The notes under the pieces are model-generated. The model was not told the origin of the DNA and did no database searches. It saw only the letters and a list, made by a program, of their open reading frames with translations. A stretch of 64,000 bases of DNA, from positions 1-64,000 of IMG/VR virus record IMGVR_UViG_3300034152_000814, one strand, 5' to 3'. The position numbers were made by a program, and so were the translations under genes. The stretch comes from a virus. Of the stretch, positions 57,266-64,000 are shown one piece after another. The first letter of the stretch is position 1, and the number at the start of each line of letters is the position of its first letter.

Positions 57266-57294
57266 CGTGATCCATTACTAAAGGACACCGGGAC

Positions 57295-57549
57295 ATGGCC
57301 CGAAGAGAGATCACATTGTTGAACGGTCCGACAGTGAAAGCTGAAGTGACGAAGCAAGGTCTTCTCGCGATTCACAAAGCGACGCACAAGGGATACGTAA
57401 TAACGCACCTGCCGACGGGTCGAGTCGTGCTATGGACACCGCGGCAAACCGATGCTAAGATGGTGCGGAAGGAGCTCGAGTTGATGGACTGGTCCGACCT
57501 CGAGGCGATTCGAGCTCGGGTTATTCAACTCAGAAAGGAGTACTGCTGA
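57295..57549 (+). CDS. hypothetical protein
   Basis: 84 aa. Confidence 0.45.
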   Translation: MARREITLLNGPTVKAEVTKQGLLAIHKATHKGYVITHLPTGRVVLWTPRQTDAKMVRKELELMDWSDLEAIRARVIQLRKEYC

Positions 57550-58844
57550 TGGGTGATCGCTACATGATCAATCACTCGGTCGACGAGGGACAGGAGTCGG
57601 ACTGGATCACGTTCCAGACCATGCCCGGTCTCGACGAGCTGCCGTGGGCCGCGTCCGTCGCGCGCCGCAACAGCGGGGACAGGGCGAAGGTCGGTATCCG
57701 ATTCGAGGACGCGGACGGCGTCGTGATGCAGGAGGTCAACTACTACGGTCGCGGCGAGTTCTCGAGCGCGGTTCCGAACCTGACCAGCTTCCGCGCACCA
57801 TTCAAGGTGAAAACGAAAGCGCTCATCGGGGACCAGCTCACGACCACGCGCGCGGACGACCAGCTCGTGATCGCTGATCCGCCTGGAGTGATCCAGCCGC
57901 GCAGGTGGGTACACGTCGCGACGTGCACCCTTTCCAGCATCAAGAGCTGCTTCGCGACGACGGTCGGTGGTGCCCGCATCCTGATCGCGGGACACAGCAA
58001 GGACGTCCATTCGTTCAACGGGACCACCGTCGGGCTCGCGACCTCGCTTCCCGCTGCCGATCCGCGCGTGCGCGTCGGGACGTTCCTCAACCGCGGTGGG
58101 CTCGTCTACATGGTCGGCTGCTGCGGTGTGGGTGACCCTGACGCGCGGCTCTACTCGTGGAACGGACTCGCGCCCGAGGTCACCCCGGAAGGGAATCCGA
58201 TCATCGTGGATTCCCCGCAGTGCCGCATGATGGCCACCTTCAACAACGAGCAGCTCCTCGGGCCCGTCCTGAGCGCGGAGGGGCTGAAGCCGATCCTGCG
58301 GTACGACGGTGGTGGGACGTTCACGCAGCGCCTCCAGGCGTTCTGCGGCGGGACGGGGTCGTGGTTCTACGCGCCGGTGATCCACAACGGCGAGCTCTAC
58401 TGGTACGAACCGCACGCCGACCGGCTCCACCGGTGGGACGGGAGCGCGGCCGAGACGTCGTACGAGGATCCCGCGTGGGGAGAGATCAACGCCTTCTCCA
58501 TGGCGTCCTTCAACGGCAACCTCGACATCTTCGGTCCCAAGTGGAAGCGGTGGAACCCCGTCTCCAAGCAGTTCGACAAGGTTGTCCTCGCGTCGGGCTA
58601 CGACTTCGCCAGCCAGGCCGACCAGCAGCACGACTGCTACAGCCCCGTCTACTGGGGGAAGCTGTATACCGCGGACCAGCGCGGTCGGGTGTACCGCTAC
58701 CGGACGAACGGCCAGATCTCCTTCATGGGGCACCTCAAGGAAGCCCCGGTCGGGCTCGCGATGCTCGGCCCGTACCTCTACGCCGTGACGGAGAGCGGGA
58801 AGATCTTCCGCCAGCCGTTCAAGTTCCAGGACATCTTCGCCTGA
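57549..58844 (+). CDS. beta-propeller-like protein, paralogue 1
   Basis: 431 aa; paralogous to gene 58960. Confidence 0.55.
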   Translation: MGDRYMINHSVDEGQESDWITFQTMPGLDELPWAASVARRNSGDRAKVGIRFEDADGVVMQEVNYYGRGEFSSAVPNLTSFRAPFKVKTKALIGDQLTTTRADDQLVIADPPGVIQPRRWVHVATCTLSSIKSCFATTVGGARILIAGHSKDVHSFNGTTVGLATSLPAADPRVRVGTFLNRGGLVYMVGCCGVGDPDARLYSWNGLAPEVTPEGNPIIVDSPQCRMMATFNNEQLLGPVLSAEGLKPILRYDGGGTFTQRLQAFCGGTGSWFYAPVIHNGELYWYEPHADRLHRWDGSAAETSYEDPAWGEINAFSMASFNGNLDIFGPKWKRWNPVSKQFDKVVLASGYDFASQADQQHDCYSPVYWGKLYTADQRGRVYRYRTNGQISFMGHLKEAPVGLAMLGPYLYAVTESGKIFRQPFKFQDIFA

Positions 58845-58849
58845 TCAAC

Positions 58850-58880
58850 CAGGGGCCCGTCCTCCGGGGCGGGCCCCTCT
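58850..58880 (+). terminator. GC-rich hairpin terminator
   Basis: GGGGCCCG..CGGGCCCC followed by TCTCTACTT; a TTGACG-17-TAACAT promoter follows at 58886. Confidence 0.45.
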
Positions 58881-58959
58881 CTACTTGACGACGTGCCGCG
58901 CAACGCGTAACATCGTTGGTAGTATCTCAACACGTCGTCAAGCAAGAGGAGGTCCAACC

Positions 58960-60237
58960 ATGGCGAACACTTACGTCGTCAACCACCAGCTCACGGCCGG
59001 CGAGGACACGGACCGAGTCGAATTTCGAACCGCCGGTGGGCTCGGGACGCTGAACCTCGAGTTCCACGTCTCGCAGCTCGACGAAGACGCCATCGACGTA
59101 ACGATGCGCGTGATCAGCGGTAAGGGGACCGTGATCACGAGCCAGAACCGGACGACGCCCGGGACGGACGCCGTCCCGATCGCGGACGTCGAGAGCTACG
59201 TCCTGCCCCTGTCGATCGAGGTCTCCTGCGCGGCCGGCGCTGCCCACACCTACGTCCGGGCGCCGGACACCGAGGTTCCGATTGGACCGGCTGGAATCTC
59301 GCAGCCACCGCCGTGGGAGGAGGTCGCGGAGTTCACGCTCGCGGACATCCGCGGGATCGTCGCCGCAGGACGGTGGCTCGTCGCCCACGGGCGGCAGAAG
59401 GACATCCACGGCTACAAGGGCTTCGACGCCCCCGTATTGATCGCCCAGATCCCCGCGGCGGACGACCATAGTCGTGTGGGGAATCCCCTCGTCGTCGACG
59501 GCGTCCCGTACTTCATCGCCTGGGGAGGCACCAACGCCCCGACGCTCTACTCCTGGGACCAGGTCGTCGGCTCGGACCTCGACCTCGAGGGCATCCCGAG
59601 CGCCACGGCCTCGCAGCTCCACGTCCACGAGGTCTTCGGCGGGAAGCACCTGCTCGGGCCCGTCGAGCCCGGACCGGAGGCCCCGAAGAACGTCTGGGAG
59701 TACCAGGGGAGCGGCGTTTTCGCCTCGGAGTTCCAGTCGATCTGTAGCACCGCGGGCTCCTGGTGGTGGGGCGGGGCGGAGCTCGACGGGAAGCTCTACT
59801 TCCACGAGGCGAACTCCGACTGGCTGAACTGGTGGGACGGTTCGGTGGCCTCCCAGATCCGGGACGCGAACGGCACGACCGCCGAGAACAACATGAGGGG
59901 CTTCGACGGCGCGGTCCACGCCTTCTCCCGGGACGCCTGGCGCGTCTGGGACGGTGCGTCGCGGTTCATCGTCTACCTGAACACCGGCTCCGGATTCTTC
60001 TGGGACGGCGACCTCGCGAACGGCTCGCAGTCGATCGAGTACCTCGGCCGGTTGCTCGCCGCGGACCAGAGCGGGGACATCTACTCGCTCCGGGACGGCG
60101 TCCTCTCGCTGGAGGGCGACATCGGCGAGGCGCCCGTCGGGCTGGCCGCGGTCGGGCACCACGCCTACTGCGTCGCCCGCAGCGGCAAGATCTACCGTCG
60201 GCGCCTGCGGCTGACCGAGATCCTCCCGGCACTGTAA
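58960..60237 (+). CDS. beta-propeller-like protein, paralogue 2
   Basis: RBS agaggagg; shared N-terminal NH..T.GED and C-terminal EAPVGLA..Y.V..SGKI. Confidence 0.55.
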   Translation: MANTYVVNHQLTAGEDTDRVEFRTAGGLGTLNLEFHVSQLDEDAIDVTMRVISGKGTVITSQNRTTPGTDAVPIADVESYVLPLSIEVSCAAGAAHTYVRAPDTEVPIGPAGISQPPPWEEVAEFTLADIRGIVAAGRWLVAHGRQKDIHGYKGFDAPVLIAQIPAADDHSRVGNPLVVDGVPYFIAWGGTNAPTLYSWDQVVGSDLDLEGIPSATASQLHVHEVFGGKHLLGPVEPGPEAPKNVWEYQGSGVFASEFQSICSTAGSWWWGGAELDGKLYFHEANSDWLNWWDGSVASQIRDANGTTAENNMRGFDGAVHAFSRDAWRVWDGASRFIVYLNTGSGFFWDGDLANGSQSIEYLGRLLAADQSGDIYSLRDGVLSLEGDIGEAPVGLAAVGHHAYCVARSGKIYRRRLRLTEILPAL

Positions 60238-60246
60238 GATCACTCC

Positions 60247-60280
60247 GGGCCCCGTCTTCCAGCGGGGCCCTTCGTTTTTC
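60247..60280 (+). terminator. rho-independent terminator
   Basis: GGGCCCCG-8nt-CGGGGCCC followed by TTCGTTTTTC. Confidence 0.7.
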
Positions 60281-60388
60281 TAAGATTTTCCTTGACGATT
60301 CCCGGGGATGTTGTATGCTGTAGGTGAAAGGGGAAAACGAAATGCTCAGCAACGCGACCTACTACACCGGGAACAACGGCAAGGTGGA
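60281..60388 (+). repeat. 108-bp exact duplicate (other copy at 61997..62104) covering promoter, 5'UTR and first 15 codons
   Basis: identical strings taagattttccttgacgattcccggggatgttgtatgctgtaggtgaaaggggaaaacgaaatgctcagcaacgcgacctactacaccgggaacaacggcaaggtgga. Confidence 0.9.
60286..60341 (+). promoter_or_regulatory. promoter+5'UTR cassette, copy B (TTGACG-16-TATGCT)
   Basis: -35 at 60292-97, -10 at 60314-19, leader gtaggtgaaaggggaaaacgaa. Confidence 0.6.
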
Positions 60389-60590
60389 GCGGATCGTGAT
60401 CGGTCGGAGCGCGAGCCTCGACACGGCCCTCGAGGAAGCGCAGCGGATCATCCGGGAGGACGGCTTCCAGAATAGCGTCCGGGACTGGATCGAGGACGAG
60501 GACGGGAAGGCGGCAGCCTTCTCGAAGGAAGAGAGCGGGCGCGGCATCTACGCCTGCGCGACCCGATCGATCACGATCGTCCGGAAGTGA
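60342..60590 (+). CDS. small early protein (82 aa)
   Basis: MLSNATYYTGNNGKV N-terminus shared with gene 62058. Confidence 0.55.
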   Translation: MLSNATYYTGNNGKVERIVIGRSASLDTALEEAQRIIREDGFQNSVRDWIEDEDGKAAAFSKEESGRGIYACATRSITIVRK

Positions 60591-60657
60591 ATACTCGCGG
60601 GCAGGGGCCCCGGGCGGTCCGGGGTCCCTATAACTAACCCTCGAAAGGAGATACGCT

Positions 60658-61494
60658 ATGAAAGGTCTGCTTCTACACTGCGGCGCGTCCGCCACGACTC
60701 GGGAAGCGATCGTCGCCACGCCGACGCCCCCGCCCACGGACACGCACTTCCCGATCCCGCACGGCGAGCTCCTGCGGAGCGTCGAGGAGTACCTATCCGA
60801 GAGCGGGTACGAGGTCGTCGAGCAGGCGCACGGCCTCGGGAACTACGGCGCCCGGTACTTCGGGCTCCTGCGCGTCCGTCGCCCCCAGCGAGCCTGGGAT
60901 ACCCTCGACACGCCGGTCGGGACGATCCCGTTCGGGGTCGACACGCCGGACCTCGCGCGCGGCGAGGTGGTCGGGCTGCGGAACGCCCACGACAAGCGGT
61001 ACAGCGCGTCCGTCGCCCTGGGCGACTACGTGTTCGTCTGCGACAACCTGTCCTTCGCCGGCGAGGTCGTGATCGGCCGGAAGCACACGAGGTTCATCCG
61101 GCGCGACCTCGACGGGATCATCCGGCGCGCGGTCGGCGAGCTCGGCGAGTTCCGCCAGCGCCAGGAGACCCGCCGGGACGCCTACCGGCAGACGGAGCTC
61201 TCGACTCGGGACGCCTACGCCCTCACCGTCGACGCCCTGAAGGCCGGCGCGATCGGTCAGCAGCGATTCCGCCGGGTGATCCGCGAGTGGGACGAGCCCT
61301 CCCACGAGGAGTTCGCCCAGGAGCGGAACGTCTGGCGGCTCTACAACGCCGTCACGGAGGCATTCAAGCCCCGCGTGCTCGCCGACGGGTCCTTCGCCAG
61401 GGGAGCGGGTCTGAACGCCCTGGCGGACAACGTGAAGGCGTCCAGGGCCCTCCACGGCGTCCTGGACGGGCACTGCGGGATCGCACTCAACTGA
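60658..61494 (+). CDS. hypothetical protein, possibly DUF932-like phage/plasmid protein
   Basis: 278 aa; RBS gaaaggagatacgct. Confidence 0.55.
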   Translation: MKGLLLHCGASATTREAIVATPTPPPTDTHFPIPHGELLRSVEEYLSESGYEVVEQAHGLGNYGARYFGLLRVRRPQRAWDTLDTPVGTIPFGVDTPDLARGEVVGLRNAHDKRYSASVALGDYVFVCDNLSFAGEVVIGRKHTRFIRRDLDGIIRRAVGELGEFRQRQETRRDAYRQTELSTRDAYALTVDALKAGAIGQQRFRRVIREWDEPSHEEFAQERNVWRLYNAVTEAFKPRVLADGSFARGAGLNALADNVKASRALHGVLDGHCGIALN

Positions 61495-61515
61495 GAAAAT
61501 GTTCCTCTCAAGCAC

Positions 61516-61556
61516 CGCGCCCCGGGGGCTCTTCCCTGGGGCGCATTTATTTTCAA
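61516..61556 (+). terminator. rho-independent terminator
   Basis: GCGCCCCGGGG..CCCTGGGGCGC followed by ATTTATTTTC. Confidence 0.5.
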
Positions 61557-61557
61557 G

Positions 61558-61627
61558 ATTTTCCTTGACGGTCCCGCGATCCCATCGTATCCTTCTGTGG
61601 CTTCGAGAGACAAGGAAAGGGGGAGCC
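61558..61627 (+). promoter_or_regulatory. promoter+5'UTR cassette, copy C (TTGACG-17-TATCCT, variant leader)
   Basis: -35 at 61565-70, -10 at 61588-93, leader tctgtggcttcgagagacaaggaaaggggg. Confidence 0.55.
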
Positions 61628-61999
61628 ATGAGTATCAAGTACGTCACGGTCGTCGGGAAGTTCGACACGTTCGCGGAAGCGGTCAAGAGCGTCCAGGGGA
61701 TCAACCTGGATGCGGTCGAGGGTCCAGTGGTTTCCACGGTCGAGGAGGACCCTCAGAAGGCGGCGAACTGGGAGCTCGTCGTCTCCTGTCTATCCCCCAC
61801 CAAAGGGACTGTCCGCCAAGCGGCGATCGCCGGGGACGAGGGCGCAGCCACGATCTTCGAGGTCGCCTACCTGCTCTGCGACGGTTTCGGGCAGATTGAC
61901 GGGCGGTGGGCCCGGGAGCAGTGCTGGGACTGGTCGCACGTCCGGGACTCATCGGACGAAGCCCTGGCGCGCTGCGCGGACTACCTTCGCAGCGTCTAA
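61628..61999 (+). CDS. small early protein (123 aa)
   Basis: ATG right after the variant leader. Confidence 0.55.
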   Translation: MSIKYVTVVGKFDTFAEAVKSVQGINLDAVEGPVVSTVEEDPQKAANWELVVSCLSPTKGTVRQAAIAGDEGAATIFEVAYLLCDGFGQIDGRWAREQCWDWSHVRDSSDEALARCADYLRSV

Positions 62000-62000
62000 G

Positions 62001-62057
62001 ATTTTCCTTGACGATTCCCGGGGATGTTGTATGCTGTAGGTGAAAGGGGAAAACGAA
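62001..62057 (+). promoter_or_regulatory. promoter+5'UTR cassette, copy D (identical to copy B)
   Basis: -35 at 62008-13, -10 at 62030-35. Confidence 0.6.
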
Positions 62058-62411
62058 ATGCTCAGCAACGCGACCTACTACACCGGGAACAACGGCAAGG
62101 TGGACGGCTTCCGGAACAGCGTCCGGGACTGGATCGAGGACAGAGAAAACCCAAAAGGAGAAACAGAGATGACACTACTGCAGCAAGCAATCGACCGGAG
62201 CCGGACCCACACCGAGCGAGTCAGCGTGGAGTTCGACGGCGATAAATCAGACCTGATGGTGGCATTGGCCGGTCTGTACGATGGTGAGATTGATGACGCG
62301 ACAGAGAATGACGGCACGGTCGACGTGTGGGGGTGGACCGAGGAAATGGCCGAGGGGGAAATGGATTGGCGACTCTGCGTGACGCTGACCCGGCGCGTTC
62401 GCGAGCTGTGA
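62058..62411 (+). CDS. small early protein (117 aa), mosaic
   Basis: first 15 aa identical to gene 60342, then joins at the shared GF(Q/R)NSVRDWIED segment. Confidence 0.55.
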   Translation: MLSNATYYTGNNGKVDGFRNSVRDWIEDRENPKGETEMTLLQQAIDRSRTHTERVSVEFDGDKSDLMVALAGLYDGEIDDATENDGTVDVWGWTEEMAEGEMDWRLCVTLTRRVREL

Positions 62412-62740
62412 TTCGCTGCCCGAAATGCGGGCACGAGTGGAAGGACGAGGGGCGCGCCAAGGGTGGGCGCGCCTCTCGGCGCACGATCACGCCAGCACAG
62501 CAGGCACGGATGCAGGCCGCCAGGAAACGGCGCAAGGCCATAGAAAACTTATTTCCAGGATTTTCCTTGACGGTTCCGCGATCCCATCGTATCCTTCTCT
62601 GGCTTCGAGAGACACGGAAGGGAGGGAGCCATGAGCAAGTGCGAATGCGGACGCCGGAAGAGTCAGTACGCGGGACGCTGCCGGAAGTGCACGCGGGAGC
62701 GGGACGAGGCCCGCGCAAACGAGAACCGGGCGATCGTTGA
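62408..62740 (+). CDS. Zn-ribbon protein; ORF reads through cassette copy E
   Basis: CPKCGHEW; GTGA coupling; no in-frame stop before 62740, so the real C-terminus is uncertain. Confidence 0.3.
   Translation: MIRCPKCGHEWKDEGRAKGGRASRRTITPAQQARMQAARKRRKAIENLFPGFSLTVPRSHRILLWLRETRKGGSHEQVRMRTPEESVRGTLPEVHAGAGRGPRKREPGDR
62558..62630 (+). promoter_or_regulatory. promoter+5'UTR cassette, copy E (TTGACG-17-TATCCT, variant leader)
   Basis: -35 at 62567-72, -10 at 62590-95. Confidence 0.55.
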
Positions 62741-62885
62741 GACCGGTCACTGCCCGGACTGCGGGGCCCCGCTGCGCCGGAACCTGGCCCTGGCCGGCTG
62801 GTGGCAGTGCTCGCAGTACGGCGCCGAGGGGTTCCGCGCCGACGACTCGAAGCCCTCCTGTAACTTCCAATGCTCCACGGAGTAA
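62631..62885 (+). CDS. Zn-ribbon protein (84 aa)
   Basis: CECGRR..CRKC ... CPDCG ... CNFQC. Confidence 0.5.
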   Translation: MSKCECGRRKSQYAGRCRKCTRERDEARANENRAIVETGHCPDCGAPLRRNLALAGWWQCSQYGAEGFRADDSKPSCNFQCSTE

Positions 62886-63001
62886 CGAATGAACATATTC
62901 GCCACGGACCCAGACCCGGTCGCTTCGGCCCGCGCGCTGGACGCGGTGCACGCCGCCAGCCTGGATAAGCGGCGAGGACACAGCAACTTAGAAAACCACC
63001 A

Positions 63002-63059
63002 AGAATCTCCTTGAAAATCCTCTGGAGCATCGTATCATGTAGGTGAAAGGGGAAACGGA
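63002..63059 (+). promoter_or_regulatory. promoter+5'UTR cassette, copy F (TTGAAA-16-TATCAT)
   Basis: -35 at 63011-16, -10 at 63033-38, leader gtaggtgaaaggggaaacggaa. Confidence 0.55.
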
Positions 63060-63362
63060 ATGAGCAAGACGATCGAGGCGGGAAGCGGGCGGGTCGAGGC
63101 GAGCGCGGCGGTGGGTTGCATCCTGGAGCCGGACGGGCGCATGGGCGAGAATCTCCTCCCCTGCGAGGACTACTCGGACGCGAGCTTCCGCTTCCCCGTC
63201 CTGGGACTCGAGATCGCCTGCAACGTCCACGTCACCGGCCGGAAGCTCCAGTACGACGGCGGCAACACGAAGGTCCGCGTGCGAATCGAGTGGGTCGGCG
63301 ACGGCGAGCCCTCCACGTTCTGCGGCGGGTGGCTCTGGCGGCCGGTCCTGAAGTTCGCGTGA
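63060..63362 (+). CDS. small early protein (100 aa)
   Basis: ATG directly after the leader. Confidence 0.5.
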   Translation: MSKTIEAGSGRVEASAAVGCILEPDGRMGENLLPCEDYSDASFRFPVLGLEIACNVHVTGRKLQYDGGNTKVRVRIEWVGDGEPSTFCGGWLWRPVLKFA

Positions 63363-63373
63363 GAGGGGATCCC

Positions 63374-63556
63374 ATGAAGTACGATTGCACCTACTACTGG
63401 GTCGGCGGGACGGAGCGCGGCGAGTGGCGCCGCGCAGATCCGGGACTCCGCGCCGAAATCCGTCGCCAGGGCTACGTCGCCCATGACGGACGCACCGACG
63501 TCGGGCCCCCGGAGGGGGCGCCCTCTGCGGAAGAGCTCCGGAACATCCTTGCCTGA
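63374..63556 (+). CDS. small protein (60 aa)
   Basis: RBS gagagggg. Confidence 0.4.
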   Translation: MKYDCTYYWVGGTERGEWRRADPGLRAEIRRQGYVAHDGRTDVGPPEGAPSAEELRNILA

Positions 63557-63565
63557 CGTATTCCC

Positions 63566-63624
63566 AAGATTTTCCTTGAAAATCCCCAGGAGCATCGTAT
63601 CATGTAAGTGAAAGGGGAAACGAA
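63566..63624 (+). promoter_or_regulatory. promoter+5'UTR cassette, copy G (TTGAAA-16-TATCAT)
   Basis: -35 at 63576-81, -10 at 63598-603, leader gtaagtgaaaggggaaacgaa. Confidence 0.55.
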
Positions 63625-63909
63625 ATGAGAAAATGTCGGGTCTGCAAGACGAACGAGATCAGCGAGCACTACGACATCTGCCTCGACTGCTTCGAGAAGC
63701 TCCCGCGCGTCCGCGTGTCGAGCCCCGTGGGACCCTGCCTGACCAACCGCCGCCTCGTCCGCGTGAACCGGACGACCTGCACCGTCGCCTTCCGGAACGG
63801 TGAGTACGCCTCGACCGAACGGGAGACGAAGGGACTCGTGCACGGCGAGCCCTGCTCCTGCTGCACGGACCACGAGCACACGCAGTATCCCATGGGATAC
63901 ACGAACTGA
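63625..63909 (+). CDS. Zn-ribbon protein (94 aa)
   Basis: CRVCK ... CLDC ... CSCC. Confidence 0.5.
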   Translation: MRKCRVCKTNEISEHYDICLDCFEKLPRVRVSSPVGPCLTNRRLVRVNRTTCTVAFRNGEYASTERETKGLVHGEPCSCCTDHEHTQYPMGYTN

Positions 63910-64000
63910 ACGCCCTTTCCTCCGGGGAGGGGGCAGCCGGCACCCCTCCCCGCCCCCTGGCTCGCCGGCGCGAAGGGAGACGGAAGATGGAAATTCAGCT

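Overview
This window looks like most or all of a high-GC (visually about 65% GC) tailed, siphovirus-like phage or prophage genome. Every credible gene is on the + strand, and many adjacent genes are translationally coupled through ATGA, GTGA or TGATG overlaps.

Gene order along the window:
- 1-7.8 kb: accessory and early region. Contains an AT-rich MT-A70 adenine methyltransferase gene, a run of small membrane, lipoprotein and Zn-ribbon genes, a Dcm cytosine-5 methyltransferase, a protein with a CxxxCxxC motif, a DnaQ-like 3'-5' exonuclease and an Xis-like HTH protein.
- 7.8-8.3 kb: a 520-bp AT-rich non-coding region with two tandem 51-bp repeats that each carry a perfect palindrome. This is a candidate cos/pac site or origin.
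- 8.5-40.5 kb: a complete morphogenesis module. In order: TerS-like, TerL, portal, SPFH-domain protein, head-morphogenesis protein, scaffold, HK97-fold major capsid, decoration-like proteins, a GT4 glycosyltransferase, connector and terminator proteins, major tail protein, and a G/GT chaperone pair with an A_AAA_AAC -1 slippery site. These are followed by the tape measure protein, a GTA-like distal tail module and a J-like host specificity protein.
- 40.5-57.3 kb: replication and nucleotide-metabolism module. Contains a metallophosphoesterase, a phage Dam, an SNF2 helicase, an AT-richer island (D12 Dam, PD-(D/E)XK candidate, Dda/RecD helicase, second MT-A70), a family A DNA polymerase, a deoxyribosyltransferase, a VRR-NUC nuclease and a prim-pol/P4-helicase fusion.
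- 57.5-64 kb: two beta-propeller-like paralogues, then an array of small genes. Several are Zn-ribbon proteins. Each is preceded by a copy of a conserved promoter+5'UTR cassette (seven copies in total, including one at the left end), and one 108-bp copy is an exact duplication.

No integrase, tRNA, CRISPR array or reverse transcriptase was recognised. The five DNA methyltransferases, the repeated promoter cassette, the glycosyltransferase inside the virion module and the structural-gene duplications are the most notable features.
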